64,000 bases of DNA from Planctomycetota bacterium. GTDB lineage: Bacteria > Planctomycetota > OFTM77. The notes below the pieces were generated by a model, which made no database searches, had not been told where the DNA came from, and saw nothing but the letters and a program-made list of their open reading frames with translations. The stretch spans positions 657 through 64,656 of the forward strand of contig JAVJTD010000261.1 in NCBI GenBank assembly GCA_040219065.1. Reading direction: 5' to 3'. The first letter of the stretch is position 1. Each line of letters begins with the position of its first letter. Both the position numbers and the translations under genes were made by a program. Positions 56,510 to 64,000 of this stretch are shown piece by piece.

Positions 56510-57335
56510 CAAGTCAGCAAGATCGTTGCGGCGAACCGGCGGAGCATACAGTGCTGAAACTGGGCCCGAGGGCAATGGAGTGCCCAAGCCGAGCGAGCCC
56601 GTGACCGAGTCTCTTGGTGAGGGCTTTCCCAAGCGAGCTTGGTCCGGGGCGGCCGTGCGACGACAGCGCACTCCGAGCGGCCCCTTGCTCCGCGCCTCCC
56701 AATTCGATCGGTGGCACCGTCGAGGAAGCAGCTCCCCGCTCAGCAGCCGCTCCCCGGTTCGGTCGCGCGGGCTCTGTTTTCGGTCGCGCGGGATCTAGTT
56801 TCAAGTCAGCAGCGCCCCCGCGGTGGACCGCCGGAGCATACAGGGGGTGAAGCTCGAGTGCGTTGGAGTGCCCAAGCCGAGCGAGCCCGTGACCGGGTCT
56901 GTCGGTGAGGGCGCTGCGCAAGCGAGCTTGGGCCTCTTCGAACGTCCAACGGCTCGACTTCCAACTCTCAACTTTGAAGCTGGCGATCCGATCGCACGCG
57001 GCGGCATCGGGCCACGGAGCTTCGGACCTGAGGTTTGGGGCTTCTTCAAGGCGCTGGGATGAGGGCACCGAGACCGGCTGAAGCCGGCGGTCCGAATGCG
57101 GCATGTTTCAAGTCAGCAGCGCCCCCAGCGCGGCGCCGGAGCATGCAGGTGGTGAAACGTGCTCGGTGCATTGGAGTGCCCAAGTCGAGCGAGCCGGGGA
57201 CCGGGTCTCTTGGTGAGGGCCTTCCCAAGCGAGCTTGGGCCGGGGCCGACCGCTGCAACCCCAAGCCTGTGAGGCTTGCCCTCGTCTGGGTCGTGCCGCT
57301 GCGCGGACCGATGCGGGCAGGATCCCGCGCTCCTC
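56510..57335. repeat. mosaic repeat locus 3: ~2.7 tandem copies of a ~300-bp unit inserted between the fabZ-like and KS genes of the biosynthetic operon
   Basis: Unit starts ccggagcat(a/g)cag..gtgaa..ggagtgcccaagccgagcgagcc..gaccg.gtct.t.ggtgagggc..cccaagcgagcttgggcc, recurring at ~56535, ~56834 and ~57141; also contains ggccacggagcttcggacctgaggtttgggg and gagaccggctgaagccggcggtccgaatgcgg, shared with loci 1 and 2. Confidence 0.85.
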
Positions 57336-57851
57336 TCAGTCGTCCAGCCAAACCACCTGACAAGCTGCGGCGGTGCAGATCTTGCCGTCGACGATTGCCT
57401 GGCCGATGCAGGTACCGATCCAGCCGTCGTCTTCGGTCATCTTCACGACCAACCGGACATCGTCGCCGGGCCGGACCTCTTCGAGGAACTGGGCGCCTTC
57501 GATCCTGGCGAGCCGAAGAGAGCGCGGTGCGTCGCCGGGCAGGAGCTCGGTCCGCTCCGCGCGGATGAAGTGAGCGAGGGCGAGTCCGGCCTGACCGATC
57601 ATCTCGAGGAGGAGCACGCCCGGGTAGACGGGATCGGACGGGAAGTGCCCGTCGAAGACCGGGTCCGCCACATCGATGTGCCGCCGTGCCTCGAGCGCCC
57701 GCTACGCGAGGTCGATCTGCGCCACGCCGTCGAGCAACAAGAAGGGCGCACGGTGCGGGAGGATCTGCTCCAGCCCCATGCGATCGATGTCGACCGCGGT
57801 GCCTCGTTCCTCCATGAGCGTGCTTCGGGTCGGCAGTCTCACGCGCTTCAT
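57336..57851 (-). pseudogene. FabZ/FabA-like hotdog dehydratase interrupted by an in-frame TAG (~codon 50)
   Basis: Listed ORF 57336..57671 begins mid-domain at (V)ADPVFDGHFPSDPVYPGVLLLE, the FabZ catalytic-His motif region. The 177 nt upstream reads in the same frame MKRVRLPTRSTLMEERGTAVDIDRMGLEQILPHRAPFLLLDGVAQIDLA-TAG-RALEARRHIDV, i.e. the FabZ N-terminus (ILPHRxPFLLxD). Its ATG overlaps (ATGA) the stop of the upstream AT gene. Confidence 0.7.
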
Positions 57852-58798
57852 GACGCCACCGAACGCGGCGAGGTCGCCGCTCTCAGGCGTGGAATCAACT
57901 CACGGAGATGCTGCGCCGTTTCGTCTTTGCTGTCGCAGGCGTGCTTGTCGACGCGGCACCACTTGCGATCCATCAGGCTAGTCAGCACCGACTTCGCCCC
58001 GACCTCGACGAACACCGCATCCGGCCAGCGCTCGCGAACGTGATCGATCGACGCTCGCCACTGAACGGGCGAATGCACGTGCTCGGTCAGTAGCCGCTGC
58101 ATCTGCTCGGGGGACGGGCAGAGACACTCGCGTCCCAGCACGTTGGAGAAGTACGGTCGATGCGGCCGCTGCCAGCGCACGCGATGCAGGTGCTCCGCCA
58201 ACTCGTCGGCGACCGGGCGGAACATCGAGCTGTGCATAGGGCACCGCTTCTCGATGACGACTGGCTGCGCAAAGTGCTCGTCCTCGGCGCTGCGGACAGC
58301 ATCAGCGACGGCTTCGGCATGGCCTGCGATGACCTGCTGGCGCGGCGAGTTGAGGTTCGCGATCTCGAGGCAGCGGTCTCCGCGGACGCGCTCGATCAGC
58401 GCTTGCACCTCGCCCTCTTCCATTGGCTGAACGGCGGCCATCCAGCCGCGTGGTCCGCGATCGTACGCACGCCCGCGAGCCTGCACCGTCAGGAGCGCCT
58501 CACGAAAGCTCAGAGCGCCGATGTGCACGAGATGGTTGAGCTCGCCGAGGCTCGCGCCGAGGGAGAGATCCGCTCGTACACCGCGAGCTTCGAGGAGGCT
58601 CTGGAACATCAGGTTGGCGAGGAACACCGCGATCTGGATGTCCTCGTTGCGCTCGAATCGTCGCTCATCGAGCTCGCGGCCGAGCAGCCGCTGCGCCTCG
58701 GCGAGAACACCCAGGTTCGGGGCGTGCAGCTCGGTCAGCTTGGTCAGCATCCCGGGATACCGCGAGCTCTGACCGGGGAAGAGGTAGACGAGAGTCAT
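57848..58798 (-). CDS. malonyl-CoA:ACP transacylase-like acyltransferase (FabD family)
   Basis: FPGQSSRYPGM, active-site GASLGE (GxSxG), ...HS... motif; 316 aa. Confidence 0.82.
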   Translation of the reverse strand: MTLVYLFPGQSSRYPGMLTKLTELHAPNLGVLAEAQRLLGRELDERRFERNEDIQIAVFLANLMFQSLLEARGVRADLSLGASLGELNHLVHIGALSFREALLTVQARGRAYDRGPRGWMAAVQPMEEGEVQALIERVRGDRCLEIANLNSPRQQVIAGHAEAVADAVRSAEDEHFAQPVVIEKRCPMHSSMFRPVADELAEHLHRVRWQRPHRPYFSNVLGRECLCPSPEQMQRLLTEHVHSPVQWRASIDHVRERWPDAVFVEVGAKSVLTSLMDRKWCRVDKHACDSKDETAQHLRELIPRLRAATSPRSVAS

Positions 58799-58813
58799 GG
58801 CGACCTCCCCGGG

Positions 58814-60043
58814 TCAAAGAAGGGTATCGGTGAGGATATCGAGCGCGCAGTCGAGCTCGTCCGGAGTGTGGGCCGCGGTGATGGCGACGCGGTAGCGCAG
58901 CGCGTCCTCGGGCACGGACGGGTAGTCGATCGGGGCGAGGAACAGGCCGCGGCGGGTCATCTCGGCGCATCGCTCGTAGAGGCGATCGCGGTCGGAGCCC
59001 ATCATGATCGGGATCACCGGGCTCTCCGATTCGCCGCAGTCCAAGCCTGCCTCCTGCGCGCGCGCCCGGAAGTAATGAGTATTCCTCCATAACGTCTCTC
59101 GCCTGGAACCGTCGCGCGTGGCGATGTCGAGCGCGGCCATCACACCGGCCACGACCGAAGGCGGCAAGGCGCAGGAGAAGCCGTAGGGCCTCGAGTACAG
59201 CCGGAGGTACTGCAGCGTCTCGCGGTCCCCGGCCGTGAATCCGCCGATGCCTGCCAGCGCCTTGCTGAACGTCCCGAACTGGAGAGCGATCCGCCCCTGC
59301 ATTCCAAAATGCTCGACGACGCCCCCGCCGGTCTCGCCGAACATCAGGTACGAGTGCGCCTCGTCGATGAAGATCGGGACGTCGTGCGCCTCGGCCACCG
59401 GGACCAATGATGGGAGATCGGCGAGGTCGCCGTCCATCGAGTACACGCCTTCGAGCACGACGAGACGACGGCGTCCGGCAGCCGCATCGAGGGCACGCTC
59501 GAGCGAGACGGGATCGTTGTGGTCGAAGAAGACGAGCTTGGCGCCCGAGACTCGCGCGCCATCGATCAGGCAGAGGTGGCAGCGCGCATCGAGGATCGCC
59601 ACATCCCCCTTGCGAAGCAAGCCGGCGAGGCTGCCCATGCCGCCCGCGTAGCCGCTGTTGAAGAGCAGGCAGGACTCGCGGCCGAGGTGCTCGGCCAAGC
59701 GCTCCTCGAGGAGGGCGTGGAGGTCGGATGTGCCGGAGAGGATCGGCGAGCCGCAAGCGCCAGTGCCGTACTCCTGGAGCGCAAGGGCAGCGGCTCGGAG
59801 CACGTCGGGGTGGCGGTTGAGCCCGAGGTAGTTGTACGAGGCGAGGTTGATCACCGATCGACGCGCTCCGGCGCGCTCGATGTCGACCCGCGGAAGAGCG
59901 GCTCCGTGGAGCCGAGGCTCCATCAAGGAGAGGGGCTCCTGGCACCGCGCGAGCCAGGCCGTGAACTCGGGAGGCGCTTGGGCCGGATCGGAGGTGTCGG
60001 GGAACGCGAAATCGGCCAGGCTGTACTCGATGGACGTGCTCAT
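58814..60043 (-). CDS. PLP-dependent alpha-oxoamine synthase family enzyme (SPT/CqsA/BioF/KBL-like acyl-thioester:amino-acid C-acyltransferase)
   Basis: Starts MSTSIEY within ORF 58814..60115; SYNYLGL, GTGACGSPILSGT, PLP-lysine motif GTFSKALAGIGGF. Confidence 0.85.
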   Translation of the reverse strand: MSTSIEYSLADFAFPDTSDPAQAPPEFTAWLARCQEPLSLMEPRLHGAALPRVDIERAGARRSVINLASYNYLGLNRHPDVLRAAALALQEYGTGACGSPILSGTSDLHALLEERLAEHLGRESCLLFNSGYAGGMGSLAGLLRKGDVAILDARCHLCLIDGARVSGAKLVFFDHNDPVSLERALDAAAGRRRLVVLEGVYSMDGDLADLPSLVPVAEAHDVPIFIDEAHSYLMFGETGGGVVEHFGMQGRIALQFGTFSKALAGIGGFTAGDRETLQYLRLYSRPYGFSCALPPSVVAGVMAALDIATRDGSRRETLWRNTHYFRARAQEAGLDCGESESPVIPIMMGSDRDRLYERCAEMTRRGLFLAPIDYPSVPEDALRYRVAITAAHTPDELDCALDILTDTLL

Positions 60044-60146
60044 GAGTGAGTCCTCGTTCTCGTGATCGATTCGGTCGTCACCGAGCGAAACGAGAACGAA
60101 GATCGGATCCGGCAAGAAGGAGCGCCGGATTCGTGGCGCGTCAGCA

Positions 60147-61400
60147 TCAGCCGGACTGGCTTGATGCGCCGTGTCTTTGTGTTGATCCCTGCGAGCGGGA
60201 CGGCCGCGCTCCAGATCGCACAGCGGATGGCTCGCCCGTCAGGTGGAAGGTCTCTCGCCGATTCCGGCAGGGGTTGCCGCGGCAGACGTCGATCGTGCGA
60301 GTCGTGGGATCCAAGATCGCGTTGAACAGAGTCTCGCTGAGGGGGTCATCGTGGCGGCAGACCGTCAGGCTGTTGCCTGAGCTACCGTCGTGATCGCTGG
60401 AGATATTGACGATGTCCCTGTCTCCATACTTGTCTCGGGTCAACAGCCTCGGAAGCCGCGCGCTCCTCGAGACATTGCAGGCGTGGATGTCGACGCCGCT
60501 GATGACGCCGCGACTGAGCGAGCCGACGGGGACTTCGACCGCCGGCATCTCCTTCGAGAAGTACTGGTTGACCGACCAGAGGACCTCATTGCGCTCCGGT
60601 CGTCGGACAGATTTGCGTGTGGCGGAGATCTCGATCGCGGCGCGATCGCCCGATGCATCGACGAAGGTGAGGATGCCGCCACTCAGCGTCTCGGTGCGCA
60701 ACACGGTGTCGACCGCCTCTTGGGTGGATCGAGCACGCTCGAGGCACTCTTGGAGCAACATCGTCAGGAATCGACCCGGCTTCCGGCGGCGGATGTCGGC
60801 AGCGAAGGCATGGTTGAGCGAGACGGCGAGCCCGGCTTCATTGACGCCGGCGACGGCACCGAGGAGGACGGGGTACGTCAAGGCGAGCGAGCGAAGGCCA
60901 TGCGTGGGATCCGACCGCCGGATCATCGCGAACGGGCGGAAGGCGGGCGGAAAGTCGTGGTTGTAGGCCAGCTTCGGGCGCCCGGACTCGGTCTGGGACC
61001 CAGCGAAGCCGAGGGAGCTGCACCCTGGCGTGAAGCCGAAGTGGGAGCTCTCGAGCTCGATGGCATTGAGTCCGTAGACCTGGCTCTTGCTGAGACCCAA
61101 TCCCGCCGCGAGGCCATCCAGGGCCTCGCGCCAGAACGGATCGAGCGCGTCTCGGTGCCAATGCCGATAGCAGCGGCCGAGCACGCTCGAGATCCCTCGA
61201 AGGACCAGTCGGCCCAATCCGCGTGGCAGCCTTTCGGGCACGAAGGGAAGCTGTAGCAGGGCGTCGAGCGCCGCCCCCAGCTCGCCGCGACCCGACCGCC
61301 CTTGAGCTCCATACCGCTCGCTGGGGCTCCCTTCTGCCAGGACGACGCTCCAACCCGGCGCTCGTTGCAGTGACTTCATTTCAACATACCTTCCTTTCAA
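60147..61400 (-). CDS. peptidase C45 / acyl-CoA:6-aminopenicillanic-acid acyltransferase (AAT)-family Ntn-hydrolase-fold protein
   Basis: 417 aa; GCSSLGF nucleophile-region motif and AYNHDFP segment typical of the AAT/C45 family; low-complexity R/S/G-rich C-terminal ~90 aa. Confidence 0.6.
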   Translation of the reverse strand: MKGRYVEMKSLQRAPGWSVVLAEGSPSERYGAQGRSGRGELGAALDALLQLPFVPERLPRGLGRLVLRGISSVLGRCYRHWHRDALDPFWREALDGLAAGLGLSKSQVYGLNAIELESSHFGFTPGCSSLGFAGSQTESGRPKLAYNHDFPPAFRPFAMIRRSDPTHGLRSLALTYPVLLGAVAGVNEAGLAVSLNHAFAADIRRRKPGRFLTMLLQECLERARSTQEAVDTVLRTETLSGGILTFVDASGDRAAIEISATRKSVRRPERNEVLWSVNQYFSKEMPAVEVPVGSLSRGVISGVDIHACNVSRSARLPRLLTRDKYGDRDIVNISSDHDGSSGNSLTVCRHDDPLSETLFNAILDPTTRTIDVCRGNPCRNRRETFHLTGEPSAVRSGARPSRSQGSTQRHGASSQSG

Positions 61401-63508
61401 CCGATGGTGCGATACGTCTCCGGCCGTCCGGCGATGACGTTGGCCGCGCGGATTCCCGACTCACAGGCCCCTTCGACCAGTGCGATGCAGAAGCGCGTCC
61501 GCGTGTGGTCCCCCGCCAGGATCAGCCCCCAGCGCTCGTAGAGATCACCCGCGCCCAGCCGGGTCGCGGTCGATCCCGCCGGCACACGGTTGTAGCGGTC
61601 CGAGCTGCTGGGCAGGTCGGGAAGGTACTGATCGCGAATCCGGTCGCGACCGGAGGCGCCCTTCTCCGCGTGCACGACCTCGTCCCACAGGAACCGACCC
61701 TCTCGGTACGCCTTCGGCCAAAAGTGGGCCATGTGATCCTCGAGATACCCGGCGAGGTGGCTTTGCTCGTCGAGGCGCTCGTCGTCGAAGAAGCTCGCCG
61801 GGATGTCGGCTCGCTCGCCCCAGAAGTACGCCACGCTCGACGGTGCGTCGTCGCCATGATCCTCGGCTGCGAGCGTCTGACTCATGTCGGTGTAGCCGGC
61901 GATCGGATCGAGATACGTTCCGCAGAGGATCGGGCCCGGCTCGCGCCCGAGGCCAGGCTGATCGTGCGCGCTCCAGCCGAGCTCCTGCGCCGAGCGCTTC
62001 AGCCAGACCTGTCCGCCCGCCGGCTCGACGGCGTTCTGGGCTCCCCGGCGAACGAAGGCATCGTAGGCTGCGTCCTTCGCCATGAGCTCGGAGGCGATCT
62101 CGGCGTGGGCACCGATGGCGATGGCGTTGAGGATCACGTCGAAGTCGCGGCCGCGCTGGATCGTCGCGTCGGTCTGGCCCGGGATGTCTCGAAAGCTCTC
62201 CAGCCCGGCCTCGGGAGGGAGCTGCCGCAGATCCTGCCCGTCGACGCGCGTGACGATCTGATCCCAAAGCGGCTCACTCGGCCAACAGTCGATCGGCCTT
62301 TCGAGTCGACCTTGCACGGGAATCAAAGGGTCGTATCCGCGGTCCTCATCCGCCAACCTGCACTGACGCACCATCTCGACGGCTTCGATCCCTTCACCGT
62401 TCTCAGCCAAGCGCAGGTTCGTCACTCGGTGGAAGAACCGGAACCGGACACCGCGATCCCTGAGCATTTGATAAACAGGCGCGACGACGACATCGCCCAT
62501 GCCGGCGTTCATCAGGTACTGCGGGCAGCCGGTCCAGGTGAACATCAACCGGCTGACGGTGTAGAGCGCCGCCCCGGCTGCCAAGGTCGAGGTGTTGTGG
62601 GCGATCGTCTTGTAGAGGTTCTTCAAGAGCGGAGAGCGCTCGGCCGACACCTCGGTCAGGCCGTAGCGGCGGAGCCAGTCGATGAAGTCCTCGCCGTCCA
62701 ATTCGCGGTAGCCGGCGGCATCCGGCTTTCGCAGTCGCCAGAAGCTCGCGATGCGGCCCCGCAGGAGCGCACACATCAGGTCGATGTTGTAGAAGGCCCG
62801 ACGCAGGCGGGGTGAGCTCTTCGGTGTCCTCACTCGGTGATGATAGAGCGCATTGAGCTTCGCGATGACGACGAGCACCGGTGCGACGACGAGGAGGCAG
62901 AAGACGAAGGTCGCCCCAGCCGAGCACGAGCTGATGAGAGCGCCCGGCAGGAGAGCTCGTCCGTGCGCCGACACCCGGCGGCGGAGCCGGGGTCGGTCTC
63001 GGGTCCCCGGGCGCGGTCCGCGCAGCTTCCCCCAGAAGGCGCGCACGAAGGACGCCGCGAAGAAGTCCGCGCGAGCTCGCCGCTCTTCTCCGGGGTAGAG
63101 CGCGTTCGTCCAGAAGCGGTTCGGCCAGTGCACCCATTCGGGATCGTGACCGGGGAAGTGCTCTTGGAGCTGCCAGCTCGGCATCTGGCGAATCGCGCTC
63201 TTCAAGCCGCCCAGCGGTGCGCCCGACCCCAGCCCGCGCTCGCCGACGTATTCGTAGGCATCCCAGAGTAGCCGAAAAGTCATCCCGTAGAAGCCGAGCA
63301 GAATGTGGAGTCCGTGCTCTTCGATGCGCTGCCCGCGGGCGGCATTGCGACCCGAGCGGGCCTTGCCACCCAGCCTCCAGCCGAGCTGATACACGGTGAT
63401 ATCGTAGCGGTCCTGCCAACCCGGCTCGCGCGTCAGCTCGTGCACCGCCGACAACGCCGCGACGCCACCGCCGAGCACCGCGATCCTCTTGGGTCTTTCT
63501 CGAGTCAT
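61397..63508 (-). CDS. large FAD/NAD(P)-binding oxidoreductase (amine-oxidase / CrtI-like desaturase superfamily) with a central hydrophobic segment
   Basis: Starts MTRERPKRIAVLGGGVAALSAVHEL (dinucleotide-binding fold) within ORF 61397..63991; ~703 aa; TM-like LLVVAPVLVVIAKL; ATGA overlap with the downstream C45 gene. Confidence 0.7.
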   Translation of the reverse strand: MTRERPKRIAVLGGGVAALSAVHELTREPGWQDRYDITVYQLGWRLGGKARSGRNAARGQRIEEHGLHILLGFYGMTFRLLWDAYEYVGERGLGSGAPLGGLKSAIRQMPSWQLQEHFPGHDPEWVHWPNRFWTNALYPGEERRARADFFAASFVRAFWGKLRGPRPGTRDRPRLRRRVSAHGRALLPGALISSCSAGATFVFCLLVVAPVLVVIAKLNALYHHRVRTPKSSPRLRRAFYNIDLMCALLRGRIASFWRLRKPDAAGYRELDGEDFIDWLRRYGLTEVSAERSPLLKNLYKTIAHNTSTLAAGAALYTVSRLMFTWTGCPQYLMNAGMGDVVVAPVYQMLRDRGVRFRFFHRVTNLRLAENGEGIEAVEMVRQCRLADEDRGYDPLIPVQGRLERPIDCWPSEPLWDQIVTRVDGQDLRQLPPEAGLESFRDIPGQTDATIQRGRDFDVILNAIAIGAHAEIASELMAKDAAYDAFVRRGAQNAVEPAGGQVWLKRSAQELGWSAHDQPGLGREPGPILCGTYLDPIAGYTDMSQTLAAEDHGDDAPSSVAYFWGERADIPASFFDDERLDEQSHLAGYLEDHMAHFWPKAYREGRFLWDEVVHAEKGASGRDRIRDQYLPDLPSSSDRYNRVPAGSTATRLGAGDLYERWGLILAGDHTRTRFCIALVEGACESGIRAANVIAGRPETYRTIG

Positions 63509-63533
63509 CGCCGCCTCCAAGCAAGGGGTTCCA

Positions 63534-63553
63534 GCCGTGCGCTCGAGCGCACG
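63534..63553. promoter_or_regulatory. perfect 20-bp palindrome ccgtgcgctcgagcgcacgg in the divergent promoter region of the biosynthetic cluster
   Basis: Located ~30 nt upstream of the FAD-oxidoreductase start; followed at ~63680 by a direct repeat TCACGAA-TCACGAA. Confidence 0.35.
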
Positions 63554-63778
63554 GGTCGAAGGCGAAAACGGAAGTCGGTGCCGGATCCGGCAATGAGCCG
63601 ATCGAGTTACGAAGGACGAGATCTTGATGACGAGGCGTGGAGAGCCGGCGTCGGGTGATTGCGGGGTGAGCCGCGATTCACGAATCACGAAGATTGCCGG
63701 ATCGCGAGCTCCCTGCCGTTTCAACCTCCGACTCTTTGAGCTGTCGCTTTCCGAACCGGCCGACCGCAGGAGCCAACG

Positions 63779-64000
63779 ATGACCAGGATCGATACGACTG
63801 CGAGCCCACGGATGCTCGATGTCCCGACCCAGCTCCGCTACTCCGAGGACTACGCTCTGGAGAACAGGCGCTTGGTGCGTCTCTACGAACACGCCAAGCG
63901 CGATCAATGGAATGCGACACAGCGTCTCGACTGGTCGATCGAGGTCGATCCCGGGCGCGGCGTCTTTTCCGACGAGCTCATCGGCATCCACGGCAGCGCG
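63779..64000 (+). CDS. 5' fragment of a CDS running off the window; weak resemblance to ferritin-like di-iron oxygenases (AurF-like)
   Basis: ATG at ~63779 preceded by GGAG; reads MTRIDTTASPRMLDVPTQLRYSEDYALENRRLVRLYEHAKRDQWNATQRLDWSIEVDP..., open to the window end; high GC3. Confidence 0.35.
   Translation, partial: MTRIDTTASPRMLDVPTQLRYSEDYALENRRLVRLYEHAKRDQWNATQRLDWSIEVDPGRGVFSDELIGIHGSA

Noticed and set aside
57336-57851. Alternative genetic code (TAG as sense codon) to explain the fabZ stop
   Set aside because: A single occurrence; other genes terminate normally with TGA/TAA/TAG patterns typical of the standard code; a lesion or error is the simpler explanation.
61223-62815. 530-aa plus-strand ORF (and 61480..62085, 62837..63271)
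   Set aside because: Antisense to the FAD oxidoreductase gene.

Overview
High-GC (~68-70%) bacterial chromosomal segment; gene content (DUF4388 proteins, ECF sigma + Ser/Thr kinase pair, many HEAT/TPR secreted proteins) fits Myxococcota/Planctomycetota-like lineages, but I cannot place it from sequence alone. Left to right: (1) a K+ transport island: a frameshifted kup preceded by a KTN-domain gene on the minus strand, and a divergent plus-strand operon of three small translationally coupled KTN/TrkA genes plus trkH. (2) A housekeeping block: murA, pepP, a zinc-ribbon/HEAT hypothetical, a TPR protein with two RNA-polymerase alpha-CTD-like modules, ruvA (no ruvB), and mnmG with a coupled small membrane ORF. 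(3) A block of secreted HEAT-repeat proteins containing an odd operon (HEAT protein, orphan TOBE-type ABC ATPase, pentahaem cytochrome c, HEAT lipoprotein), a 1170-aa DUF4388-TPR-TM-PQQ-propeller protein and several secreted/lipoprotein hypotheticals. (4) A signalling island: a decayed receiver remnant; REC-histidine kinase, REC-HDOD and REC-degenerate-HD-GYP in one overlapping operon; a convergent ETR1-like-TM/PAS/GGDEF/EAL protein; a sigma-70, a MerR regulator and a histidine kinase. (5) An SDR, a BMP-family nucleoside ABC transporter, and queD-folE. (6) A divergent ECF sigma / Ser-Thr kinase-TPR pair. (7) The most striking feature: a ~14.5 kb minus-strand biosynthetic cluster. It combines stand-alone FAS-II-like enzymes (AT, FabF-like KS, FabG-like KR, FabZ-like DH, two FabI-type ER, ACP) with an HMG-CoA-synthase/ECH1/ECH2 beta-branching cassette, an alpha-oxoamine synthase, a peptidase-C45/AAT-family acyltransferase and a large FAD oxidoreductase. 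The fabZ-like gene carries an in-frame TAG, and an ~830-bp tandem repeat sits inside the operon between fabZ and the KS. That repeat belongs to a mosaic, palindrome-rich intergenic repeat family seen at three loci in this window, in both orientations. Two genes (kup, fabZ-like) are disrupted in the sequence as given, so either pseudogenes or assembly/consensus errors are present. Derived coordinates that do not come from the ORF track may be off by 1-2 nt. Some sequence line blocks appear irregular, and at one spot (KS/KR junction, ~55135) my reading of the text differs from the ORF-track frames by one nt.
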